This document shows positions 1 through 11,830 of a stretch of DNA of 64,000 bases, piece after piece. The DNA is from Camelus ferus (taxonomy: Eukaryota), in assembly GCF_009834535.1 (NCBI RefSeq), contig NC_045696.1:31002001-31066000 (forward strand), given 5' to 3'. The notes beneath the pieces are model-generated. The model had not been told where the DNA came from, ran no database searches, and saw only the letters and a program-made list of their open reading frames with translations. Each line of letters begins with the position of its first letter. The first letter of the stretch is position 1. Made by a program: the position numbers and the translations under genes.

Positions 1-793
1 TAAACAACCAGATTCAAAACTGGGCAGAGAATCTGAATAGATATTTTTCCAAAGAAGATATACAGATTACCAACAGGCATATGAAAAGATGTTCAACAAC
101 ACTAACCATCAGGAAAATGCAAATCAAAACCACAATGAGATATCACTTCACACCTGTCACAATAGCTATTATCAAAAATATAACATGTAGCAAGTGTCAG
201 TGAGGATGTGGAGAAAAGAGAACCCTTATGCACTGTTGGTGGGAATGCAAAATGATAGAGCCACTATGGAAAACAGTATGAAGATATGTCCAAAAATGAG
301 GAAACTGAACTATCATATGATCCATATTCCACTCCTGGGCATTTATCCTTAGGAAACAAAAAAACTAATTAGAAAAAAATATATGTACCTCATGTTCACT
401 GAAGCATTATTTACAATAGCTAAAATACAGAAGTAATCTAAGTGGACATCAATAGATGAATGAATAAAGTAGATGTGGTGTATATATATAGTAATATTAC
501 CCATAAGTAATAGGATAAATAAGTCCTAGGATATAATGTACATGATGAATATAATTAACACTGCTGTGCGTTATATATGAAAGTTAAGAGAGTAAATTCT
601 AAGTGTTCTCATCAGAATGAAATTACTTTTTTGAATTTTCTTTCACTTTATATCTATCTGAGATGTTGAATTTTCACTAAACTTATTGTGATAATCATTT
701 CATGATGCATGTAAATCAAATCATTATGTTGTACACCTTAAATTTATACAGTGCTGTATGTCAATTATGTCTTAATAAAACTGGAAGAAAAAA
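1..793 (+). mobile_element. L1 3' portion (ORF2 C-terminus and 3'UTR, L1MA9-like), degenerate
   Basis: atgcaaatcaaaaccacaatgagatatcacttcacacc and gaggatgtggagaaaagagaaccc are typical ORF2 C-terminal sequence; 3'UTR ends gtcaattatgtcttaataaaactggaagaaaaaa. Confidence 0.93.
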
Positions 794-1057
794 CAGCAAC
801 TGAAGGAAAAACAGTAACTGAAGAAATATATTTTCTAATCATACTGGTTATGTCAACTAACAGCCTTATGATAGCAAATAAATTTAGTGCAATGAACACT
901 GGGCACAAAAATATAATAGGAAGACATGAGTAAAAGCAATAAAAGCCAAGATGAAGCAGAAAAATTTTTTAAATTATATGCAGAATGACAGTATCTCTAA
1001 TATCGTATTACTAATTTTGTTTGTTTTTCAACAATTACTAATATGATCAACTTCTTT

Positions 1058-1105
1058 TTTTATTGAAATATAGTCAGTTTACATTTTTAAATTTTTTTAA
1101 ATTTT
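1058..1105 (-). mobile_element. Extremely 5'-truncated L1 tail with TSD
   Basis: ttttattgaaatatagtcagtttaca matches the reverse complement of the L1 terminus near 3890-3905; flanked by tatgatcaacttcttt (1042-1057) and tacgatcaactcttcttt (1106-1123). Confidence 0.75.
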
Positions 1106-2580
1106 TACGATCAACTCTTCTTTAATGGCTTAAATATATGCAAGGTAAATATGTTTCTTACTTATTTAATTTTATAAGTACAGCATTGATACTATTGTGT
1201 ATTTATCTTGGAATATGCCATAAACAATTTGTATTTTTTTAGTATTCTTCTTTTCACTCCTAAGCAGGAGCATATACCTTAAATAAAGTCAGTCAATTAT
1301 AATTAACAAGCTATTAAATTGCAACACATTTCCCAAATTATTTATATGTGTTTGATAAAATGTGAGTGTGATGTAGAATTAAAACCTAGTATTTATAGTC
1401 ACAGGTTTTAAGAGGGTTAAAAACATTTGCTTTACATTTAAGATTATAATAACTTTAAAATGTCATCCTCAACAACTAAATTCAACAAAAAAACATGCAA
1501 AACAAAATATTTAGCCCAAGTTATTGATAACTGACAAGAATGAGTTGTGGAAGAGTGTCATCAGAATCAATTCAGTGGTTTAACAGTAGAGGAGGGGACC
1601 TGCCCAAAGGCAGAGGGAATGGACCCAGAAGTTGGAAAGAGCACCTTCACACTACTACCTTTAGACACAACCCTTCCTTAAGTGCCAATGCACTAAAAGA
1701 ACAAAAGATAATTTTAAACAATTTTCACTTTGAAGAATTTAAATATAGGTCATTTTAAAAATAATGAGATGATAATTCAGCTCAAAAGTTCTAAGGAAGC
1801 ACTAAATCTGTATTTTCTTTTCTCTTCCAACTGTTCATGTAAAACAACTATTTATTTCCATTCAGCACATAGTATCTAAAGAAAATGTTTTTTAGGAAAA
1901 ATTATTGCATATTCATGTTGTACTCATATTTTATTTAAACATTTCTCCCACTACAATATTTGATGTACTTCAGCCACCTCAGTATACTATCACTATGTTC
2001 CTGTAATATAACATTTAGTTTACTTTCCCTCTTGTTGATTTTCACACAAATTAAACTGTAGAATGTTTTTTTTTCTGGTTGACCAGTATGATGAGGAGCT
2101 AAAACATTAAAAAAAAAAACAAAACTAATTCTCTGAACAAAATGATATGAAAAAAGAACAAGATACATAGGAAATCATGTCAAACATAAACTTTTCTAAT
2201 AACAGCAGCTCTGAGAAACAAGTGCAGCCAATTAGAGAACACATGAATTCACAATTTGCTGGTAAAGAAGTATGTATACTATCTCCGGCTTTTTATGGAA
2301 TTAAAACAGAGCCTCTATAGTATTCTGGTTGAAACTTAAATGTAGGAGGTTTGGTTGTAGGAAGCAATAATCCATTTACCCAGGGGAGATTTTTGAAAAT
2401 CACATTTGCTCCTCACTTTTTAAATTCTGACACAGCATCCTGACATGTTATTTATTGACAAGACAGAGACATTTCCTTCACCGATTATACCAAAGACAAC
2501 TAGGAAATTGCCAAAGCATTTTGTTGAGATAATGATCACTAAAATTGTGTAGCCACTATGCACAAAATCAGAAAGGGAAA

Positions 2581-2627
2581 AAGGAAGGAAGGAAGGAAGG
2601 AAGGAAGGAAGGAAGGAAGGAAGGAAG
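2581..2627. repeat. (GGAA)n microsatellite
   Basis: Direct tandem repeat of about 11 units. Confidence 0.97.
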
Positions 2628-3687
2628 ACAGGCAAATCTGAAAAACAAAATAGACCTGAGTATTACTAGTCTAATAAAAAAATTAAAAATTGAATGCAAA
2701 GATGTCCCTATTCCCAAATGACTGATTTCATTAAAAAGTCTTCCACAATAAGGGGAATCAAACCTTAATTACTTCATATTAGAAAACACAAAAAGTTCAG
2801 GACTTGTTATTTCCATCAAGCATTGTCTCATTTAATCACTAATGGCAAAAAATTAGAAATGAAAGAGAAATAAGCCAAGTGACAGCTTTCCTTATGTTCA
2901 CTCAGCAAATACATGCTTAGCCATTTAAACCATCTGGTACACAAGAGTTACAGCAGCGAACGACTGGTGGAAAAATCAGTGGTGGGATATCAGTGGGGAG
3001 AGGCCACTAAAAAAGAGAAAGGTTTCTAACTGTGACAAGAAATATAAACAAAGGACCTGAGTGGTCATTCCCCATGAAGTACAGATAGCTAAGAGAGAAA
3101 GTGGAGTCAATGGGAAGTTAGAGTTGACAATCTAGGTTGGAAGCCCCACTGCTGCATCCTTTGGTCTGCTGTACTTCAAGAAATAAACAAACACTGTAAA
3201 AATAACACTTGGATGAAAACCAAGCTGTCTTCCAACACACAAATCAATACTGTTTGAAAAGGAGGAATTTTTGTTGAGAGCTGTGTCTCACAACGCTGTT
3301 AATGCATGTGACTATTCAGTTTGTTTATTTCAATACTTTAGTTGGTGTTAATTATGGCAGGTATTAGTAAAGGTAGAATCTATGATCCTGATATATTCTG
3401 CCATAATTTTCTCTGGGTATTTGAAAAATATTTTTCAAAAAAGTAGCTATCCTTAGTAGTAGATAACAAGAAAAGGAATGATTGAGGGAAAGGTGGTCAA
3501 CCAAATGGTAGAAATTTAAAACATCAGAGGAAGATAATAAGTATACAACTTAATAAAGTATAATTCCCACATTCCAGTGATTCAGTGTAATTACTGGGGA
3601 GTCTTCCTGCAGTGATGCTGTTCCACCACAGTGCAGAAATAGCACTTCAGAAACTTAAGTGATGCCTTAAATCTAAATTACATTATG

Positions 3688-3921
3688 CTTGGGAGTTCAG
3701 TATCTGCAGATTCTAACTACTATACATAAAATAGATAAACAAGAAGTTTATACTGTGTAGCACAGGGAACTATATTCAACATCTTATACAAACCTATAAT
3801 TTAAAAGAATGTGAAAATGAATATATGTATGTATATGTATGACTGAAACATTATGCTGTACACCAGAAATTGCCACAACATTGTAACCTGGCTATATTTC
3901 AATTTTAAAAAAAAAACACTA
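3688..3921 (+). mobile_element. 5'-truncated lineage-specific L1 3'UTR with A tail and 14-bp TSD
   Basis: tagcacagggaactatattcaa...tgctgtacaccagaaattg; A-run at 3907-3916; TSD taaattacattatg at 3674-3687 and 3922-3935. Confidence 0.93.
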
Positions 3922-4579
3922 TAAATTACATTATGAGGTTTATATGTTTTTTTTCAAAATCTGGTATTATTTTATATGCCCAACTGTATCTCCCACTAAA
4001 ACCCAAAGTGAAATTGCTATTACAACTTAACTAGTTTTGTTCATTTATTTTTCATTGCTCAAATGTAGAAGCTAACTCTACTTTGTACAATGTACTGTTC
4101 TCTGTCTAGCCTAATTAAGCATTTCTTCAAGTCTGACTTCCTCAGGAATGTTTCGCTAATGATGGTTCCTGATAAAGAACATTCCTATTAAAAGACTATC
4201 TGGAATGTGAGCTGTAACATACTGTCATGTTCTCTAATGGTATTAGTATAATTCAGTATTTATCATATCAACATTTTTCAGGGTTATTGTATATTTCATT
4301 TTTTAAATATTTTTAAATAATTTAATAAAATTTAATAATTTTTAATAATTAGTGAGCATAAACAATTATTATAAATTATTTTTGATCATGGACATAGATC
4401 AGATAAAAATTCATTTACTTTAGTTATGTTTTCATGAGGAACACAGAAACCATTCTACAATCCCTCTCTTTCTAATGAGTTTGAGATTAAGCACAGGAAT
4501 TAGATGCTTCAAAATTACTGAATAAACTGGAAGAGCAAAGTCAAACATGGATGCCACTAACTCTCAGCTTTGTCTATAG

Positions 4580-4615
4580 CTTGCAGAGAATCAAAAAGCT
4601 CCTCCTCTCATTCAG
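4580..4615 (+). other. Candidate 36-nt exon (unverified)
   Basis: Branch point CACTAAC (4555-4561), acceptor ctttgtctatAG, donor CAG|GTAAGA; no stop in any frame. Confidence 0.25.
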
Positions 4616-7600
4616 GTAAGAAATTACAGGATTTCACTACTGGTATGTATAACTTCCTGCCATATTCAGGCAGGTGAATCAGAAGAGAATGCTTAGAAAG
4701 CATTGCATAAATTCCCAAGCTCATCTGTCTGTCTGATGATGCTGGAAGAAGAAGAATATTTCTTTAATCTCTCTTCCAACTTTAAGATATCACATGATTC
4801 CATCTCACTGATGGAACAAAAATAAAATGGTTCTGTGGGCAAGGGAGTCTGGGAAACATAGTTCCTAGACTTACAGCTCCAGCAAGAGAAGAAGGTGTAT
4901 AACATGAGGGAAGTACATTTAAGAATTTTTCATGTAGAAACATAAGAGATCCATGGTCAGTTATCTCCCAACAACACATACACACAAAAAACTATTAATC
5001 CATCCATTTATGTTTGACAAGAACACTGAAAAGGTATAACCATGAGTAAAATTATACATATATATAAATTCTCATTGTGCCAATGAGAGTTACAATGGGG
5101 ATTCTTGTCATAGCCTTGGATATCAAGCAGATATACATAGTAATTTATTAATTAACTTCAATTCATAAGTTAATTATAAAATGCATTATTAAGAAAAAAT
5201 TCAGAACAATAATTTTTCTAAAATGTATACACTGTTTAAATTATACCTTACATTTATGGTGATAAGAGGCTAACAACAAGAGTAGAGATGGTTATTCAAT
5301 ATATTTTATTAAGTAATCTTTATAATTGATATTGAAATTATGATAGAATATTATGTTACATTAAAAACTTTATATATTTTAATCCTAAATACAGATTGAC
5401 AATTCTCAGTTATACATTGGATTGACAAACATTTTAAGTAAGATAAACTATGTTGTGAAATCAGTGCTTACAATGCTTATGGATTAAATGTCCAGATTAT
5501 AAACTTAAATATACATAAAAATAACTGTTCTAAATGTGAGAATTGAAATTATTTATATTGAGAATTTTTTTGTTGATTTTTTTTCTTATGAAAATGCAGA
5601 TGCTCCCAAATTAGATATGATTTTAATTCAACATTGTTATTGCTAATTATGCCTTACTGAACATGTTATCCTAATGAACAGTCCACTTTTGGAAAATTTT
5701 TAAATCCTAGTTTTTTTCTTAAAACACAAAATATTTATGTCTAGATGGAAAACAATTTAATTTTAGTTATTCTTTCTCCCCTCTCCTGAGAGTTTTCATT
5801 CTTGTAGCTTTAGGATTAAGAAGAAAATGATGTTAATAGTGGGTCCATGATAGCACTTCAGAAATCAGACTGATTATTATATTTAGAGATAAACTAATAA
5901 AGGGAATTTATAATACTTTAGGATTTGACAATAATAAAGATCATTCATAATGAATTTATTCAGAGAAATATACACATTTGGTTTAATTAATAAAGTTTGT
6001 GATTGGCAGGGATTCTATACGATGTAGGAAACTCCTTTATAATATTTCTAATAAATGGATACCACTGTGTTTCCCTGATTGAATAATCCCAGTGGTAGAG
6101 AATTCACCACTATCATCTGAAATGACAAATTCTTCAAATGCTGCATAATTGTAACATATATTTTTGTGTCATATTGGGCCAATATTTAGTGATACTATAT
6201 TATTTATAGAAAGAATTTTAACATACAGTCATATACTCAATTTTTGCAAATAAGAAAATAATTTAATATAATCTAATTAGTGACAGAATTCGTATTTCTT
6301 TCATTTCTAGTGTTCATCTTCTTCATTATGCCACCCAGTAACATACCAATTTGTAGTCTTATACCTGTTACAACCTGTGTTATGGGCTTGGTTAGCCCTG
6401 AAAATCCAGGACAGATGCTGATTTTAAATACAAAGAAAGTATTTCTAAAGTGAACTGAGGAATAAATTGAGACTTTATTTACCTTGAACTTGGTTTATCA
6501 CCTGGAATAGAGGGAAAAAGTACTTTTGAAAGTCTATGATTGAGAAATTTATAATGTGTAAGACTTTACTGTTTGAAGTGAAAGAATTGTTTGGCACAGT
6601 ATAAAAGTGTGTTTCAAAATGTTTATAAATATTTTCATTTTGCTCATAAATATTTTTGAAAAGCTAGAATATTAATGTGAACATGGTAAACTTCATTTCA
6701 TTATTATATGCATTAAGTATTCCTTTACTTCAAATAAGTAAGCAGAATGTCTTTGAAGTTAGTTACCAAAAACATATAGGAGTAACAGTGTACATTCTTG
6801 ATTCTCCATAGTTTCTTGCTCGAATCAGAATTACCAGTTTGATCTAAATAACCTCAAGTGAGAATTTTCGTCTGAGAGCCTTTTATTGAGCCTGAACAGT
6901 GTGAATAGGCAGCCTGCATACAGATTTTCTTTTGGACCTACTGTTCTCCGTATGCTTTTTTGCTAGGATCAAATTCCTGCTGTGGGGATTATCATCTGTT
7001 GCCAGGATATCATGAATGAGCTGATGATTCTAATCAACCCCAAATCCCTCATCTTTATAACCCCTTCTGCATCAATAAAACTGACCAGAACAAAATATTT
7101 CACTGTAAAGTAGTATTTAGAAAGTAAAATGTACAAAAATAATTTTGTGAATTTATATTCAAAGTAGCTCACAGCAATTGCTTAGAATTTACATTTCCAT
7201 AATGTTCACCTAAATCATAATTAGTCCTCACACTGTTGAAATCATATAGTTTCATATTCCATTCAGTATCATATTTCTAAATCTAAATTATCAGTGTAAA
7301 GATCATTAAAAAATTATAAAAATTAACTTTGTACATTTGCCACAATTCATTATTTTGACAAATACATTTGTCTCTTTAAAATCTGGGGAACTAAACCATT
7401 TTCCAGGTCAGCTTAAGTACCTTAAACAAAATCTACTGAAGAAATATCAAATCATGTCTTTAGCATAAATGCACAAATTTGGAAAGGTCAGGGAAGAGAG
7501 CTAAGCCTGGAGAGCACTAAAGGAAATAAAGTGAGCTGGGTGATCTTTGGAGCAGAACAAAATGATGCTGAGACAAGAGTGAGCAAAACTCAGCTAGGTT

Positions 7601-8169
7601 AGAAGTCCAGCTAAGCTAACAGAGAACAGTGCTGTGCTCAAAAAAAAAAAAAAAAAAAGAGTAGGAACACTAGGGAAAGCTTAGAGGCTGTTAACAAAAT
7701 TCATTATGAGTTCCTCTTCCTATAAATGGACCTTAGTTGTTTCAATCCCATCTGTGAACTGTCTGGACATACAGAGAGGCATTGCTAAAATAGAATAGTG
7801 ATGGGTTAATTAAGGGGGAAATCAGTAGGCTACTTAGAGTATTGTTCTCTCCCTTAATCTGTTGGTTTTTCAAAAATAAAATATGTAGAATTCCACTTAC
7901 AGCTATAACTGGTTAAGTGCTATTTGATGAGTTCTACTACTGGAAACAATGTTTAAAAAAGACAAAATATATGAGGCAGTTCTTTTCAGGCATTGGACAA
8001 CAGAAAGTTCAAGTCTATAATTCATGATAGAAAGGAAATTCATGAGGTGAATGACACAATCAGCCCTGCTACAAGCTGCACTGAGCTAGAGTCCAAAAAG
8101 TCATGGTGGTCCACTGAGCAAGATGATCAGATCAATGGAAGCATTTGGAATCTACAGAATAAGTTCTTA

Positions 8170-9680
8170 GAGAGAAAGTAGCTGGGGGGGAGGGGCACCT
8201 CAGAAGTCATTGTGAGTTTCCCCCATGAATCCTTAGATGAAAGTGGGGCTGCATGTGCACAGAGCCAAAACTCAAGATTTGTCAGAGAATGTGTCCATTT
8301 ATCAAACCTGCTACTAGAGAGGCAAGTAAATCAGTACTGGGAAATTTTAGATTCTTAATTCATCCAGAATAGAATTATATGTTCATCATAAAAGGCATCT
8401 GGCTGGGACACCAGGATTGCATGTAAGAATCACAATGACCACACATGAGAGGAATTTAGCTTCTAGAACTGCTCTAATAAAACCAAAAACCAAGGCTTTA
8501 CAAGATCTTCACAGATACAGACATTAGAGTTTAAGTCATGCCAAGCTAGAAGGGCTTTGGAAACACCTTGGGTGTTTTTATGAATCTGCCCTAACACATC
8601 TTAAATTTAAGTAAACACAAGATCAAGATGATTAGCCAGTAATTCAATTACCTGCCAGAATAAAAATCAACACAACACATGTCACGGGAAGATAGCAGAA
8701 CCCAGAGTCTCTACTATAACTAATCTGTAATATAAAGCATACAATTACAAATTATTAGACAGGCAAAGAAACCTTAAAATGTGATCCAAAACCAAGAAGT
8801 CAAGCAGTCAATTTTCTTAAATTGAAGTAGAGTTCATTTACAATACTGTGTTAATTTCAGGTGTACAGCATAGTATGTATTCTGAATATAATTCATGAAG
8901 AAATGTCCAGGAAAAAAAAATTTCAGCAGTGAACAAAAAGGCATTAGATGACACAAATATTGAACCTTGAAACTAGCACACAATAATTTAAAAGCAGCTG
9001 TTTGTAAATGTGTTCACAACCTTTAAAAATAGGATCTTAATGAATGAACAGATAGGTAAACTCAGCAAAGGAGCAGATACAATAAGTAAAGAGCCAAATG
9101 GGAATTCTATAATTGAAGGGAATAGTAATAGAAATAAATGAACAATTCACTGGATGAATATTGACAGAATACAGACTTAGTAAATTTGAGATGCTAACAA
9201 TAGGAAAGATCAAATCTGAGGAACGGAGGGGAAAACATGAAGAAAATTAGCAGAGACTCGGGGAAACTGTGACCTAATAACATATGTCCAAAATATCTGT
9301 AACTGGAATCTTAGAATAAAATGAGAGTAAAGCAGAAAAACTATTTAAAGATAAAATAGCTGATTTTTTCTAAAATTAGGGAGAAAAATCACTAATATAC
9401 AGATTCAAGAAATTTAGTTGTCCTTTAGCAGGATAAATGAAAAGATAACCATACCTTGTCAAATCACTATCAAATTTATAAAAACCAAAGATAAAGAAAA
9501 AATATTAAAAGCTGTCACAGTGACAAGATATCACTAGAGAGGGAACAAAATATACAAAGAGAGGCTGACTATTCATCAAAGACAAGGGAGGGTAGAGATA
9601 CTGGATTTACAGTTTTTAAATGCTCAAGAGGGAAAACAAAATAAAACACTCTCTTCCATCAACACAAATTCCTTACCCAT
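8170..9680 (+). mobile_element. Old L1 (L1MC/MD/ME-type) 5' region and ORF1, heavily decayed
   Basis: ORF1-like segments gagccaaatgggaattctataattgaa, atacagattcaagaa and aaaaccaaagataaagaaaaaatattaaaagc. Confidence 0.7.
8812..8875 (-). mobile_element. Short L1 3'-terminal fragment nested in older L1
   Basis: aattgaagtagagttcatttacaatactgtgttaatttcaggtgtacagcatagt is a reverse-complement L1 terminus. Confidence 0.75.
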
Positions 9681-9880
9681 CCCCTCATGTACTTAATGAA
9701 TTAGTCCAATATATTTTTCATACTACAGCCAAGATGACTTTTTTAAAGCAACAAAACCACAATACAATTTTATAGAAGAAAGAGTAACAAATACGTACAT
9801 GCTACTTGGCAAGGCCCTTTTGATGACAAGTTTGAACACGACATTGATTTTTCCGATCTTCTTTTTTTTTTTTTTTTTTT

Positions 9881-10955
9881 GGAACATACTCCTCTGTTTC
9901 TTCATTTTGCTTGACAATCTGTGTTGGTTTTTATGCATTAGATAAAGCAGCTGCCTCTCCCAGTCTTGAAGGGTGACCTAGGAAATTAACCTCATTATTT
10001 TTCAACCCTGCCCTGGCTCTTCGTTGTCACTCAAACTTTTGCTATTCTACAAGTAGCCTATTTTATTTTTAATGGCTCCCAATAGTTGAGGATTTGCCTA
10101 GCTTCTCAGTGTCCCAAAGACGAGGAATTCAGTCAGCACCTAGATTCAGACTGATCCGAAGTCGGACCCTCAGACCCGTTTAAAGTACGCGAATATATAC
10201 AGTCTGGCGGCACCACAAGTGAATGCCCTTCTGACCACCAGGGGCCCGGTGATCTACAGGTGCCTCCTGGGTGGCAATTGTAAAACTTCAGGCTCCAGAC
10301 TAGTGTTTAAGCTTCTATGGGGAAGATACAAGCGAGCCGCAGCGAAGCTGAGGTACAGCGTGAAGACAGCAGCCACGAAGGGGAAAAAAAGGGAAAAAAG
10401 ATGGCGCCCGCCAGTCTCCGTCCCAGCAGAGCATCTTAGCACTTCCCCAAATGCTTGTCAAATCAGATGCCGGCTCCTCAGGCTGACGTTTCAAGGCAGG
10501 GAAATGAGTCCCTCCCACATCAAATCCAGGTGCCCCTTGATGGGCTGCTTCCTCACTGGGCTCTGGAGCAGGTGAGTCAGAACAGGAGCCTTTTAAAAGC
10601 CGTTTCTCAGATCTGATAATCCTGTGGGTCCTGTGGGTGCGAAACCCTTTGGTTTTCAAAGCTAGAAGTTTTAGAGACTCATCTCTCAGGTACAGGTCTT
10701 CAAAGTTGGGGGTGCCTGCTATGGAGTTCAAACCCTTTGCTCCTCAGGAAGAAACTCTGGGTTTTGAATTATCTTCCCAACCGTAGGGGTGGGGTTTCTG
10801 GGAGATCGTGGCCCATCCTGTGATACCCACTTCTCTCATTTGTCAGATACAAGGGAGTGGCTCTGACAACTTAAAGGGTTTTTTTTGTTTATTTGTTTGT
10901 TTTTTCAGAGGAAACTGTTCTATATACAGCTGTGGATTTGGTGTGTCTATGGGGA
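9881..10955 (-). mobile_element. L1 5'UTR plus ORF1 start (L1MA9/L1M2-like)
   Basis: Minus strand encodes MKKQRSMFQ, resembling an L1 ORF1 N-terminus; GC/CpG-rich upstream region with aagatggcgcccgccag and ttttcagaggaaactgttctatatacagctgtggatttggtgtgtc. Confidence 0.82.
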
Positions 10956-11057
10956 AAAAATGCTTTCTAACATGTAAATATATTCATATGACATCACTGC
11001 TTCTAATTATTCATTAGCTGCCATTTTTTTCTGAGGATAAACCCTAAACATATTATT

Positions 11058-11279
11058 TCTTTTTTCTTTCAGTTTCATTGAGATATAATTGACATATAGC
11101 ACTGTATAACTTAAAATATATAGCATAATGATTTGATTTACATACATCATGAAATATTAGTAAAGATTCGTTACAGTAAGTTTAGCAGACATCCGTCATC
11201 TCATATAGGTACAAAGCAAAAGAAAAAATGTTTCCTTGTGATAAGAACTCCTAAGATTTACTCTCTTAACAACTTTCAT
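11058..11279 (-). mobile_element. L1 3'UTR terminus, same family as 1-793
   Basis: ttttctttcagtttcattgagatataattgacatatagcactg closely matches the reverse complement of 749-793. Confidence 0.9.
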
Positions 11280-11489
11280 TTCTTAAGGTGGTATACAAGA
11301 CACTTAAACCTAATTTTTCAACTCCACCTTCATATTTTCTATAAAATCAAGCCATACTGAGCTTCTCTCTTTTCCAACAAAATACCATGTTTCCTCTTTC
11401 ATCCTTGACATTTGAACATAAAGTTTTCTCTTATTCCTGTCTCCTCTTTGTACAATACCTTATATTACATTTGCATGGTATATTATTTA

Positions 11490-11830
11490 GGACTTTCTGA
11501 GTTATACTGCAGCAACAGACAACTCTCCAATTAAAGCATCTTAAAACACCAGAGGTTTAATATGTTCTCATGAAAATTATGCTGCTGGTTGAGAAAACTC
11601 CCCAGGAAAGCCAGACTCCCTGAGATGACTGTCTTCACATCAACATGTGCTGCCACAATTGCTGGAGCAGGAGAAGAAAAGCATAGAGTTGCATCCTACC
11701 CTTTTTTATAAGTGTACTAGAAAGAAATACATAACTCTTCTCAAAATTCACTGGCCATAACACAGGAAAGTACCATCACCATCTCTGCTAGAAGGGGAAG
11801 CTGAATTATCAAATCACAGTCAATAGTAAT
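11490..11830 (-). mobile_element. MaLR LTR (old MLT1, K/L-like)
   Basis: ttatactgcagcaacagacaactctcc...ttaaaacaccagaggtttaat resembles the reverse-complement MLT1 3' end. Confidence 0.6.

Noticed and set aside
6040..6190. CR1/L3 fragment and small hairpin agtggt...accact
   Set aside because: Similarity is too weak to call by eye, and a 6-bp stem is expected by chance.
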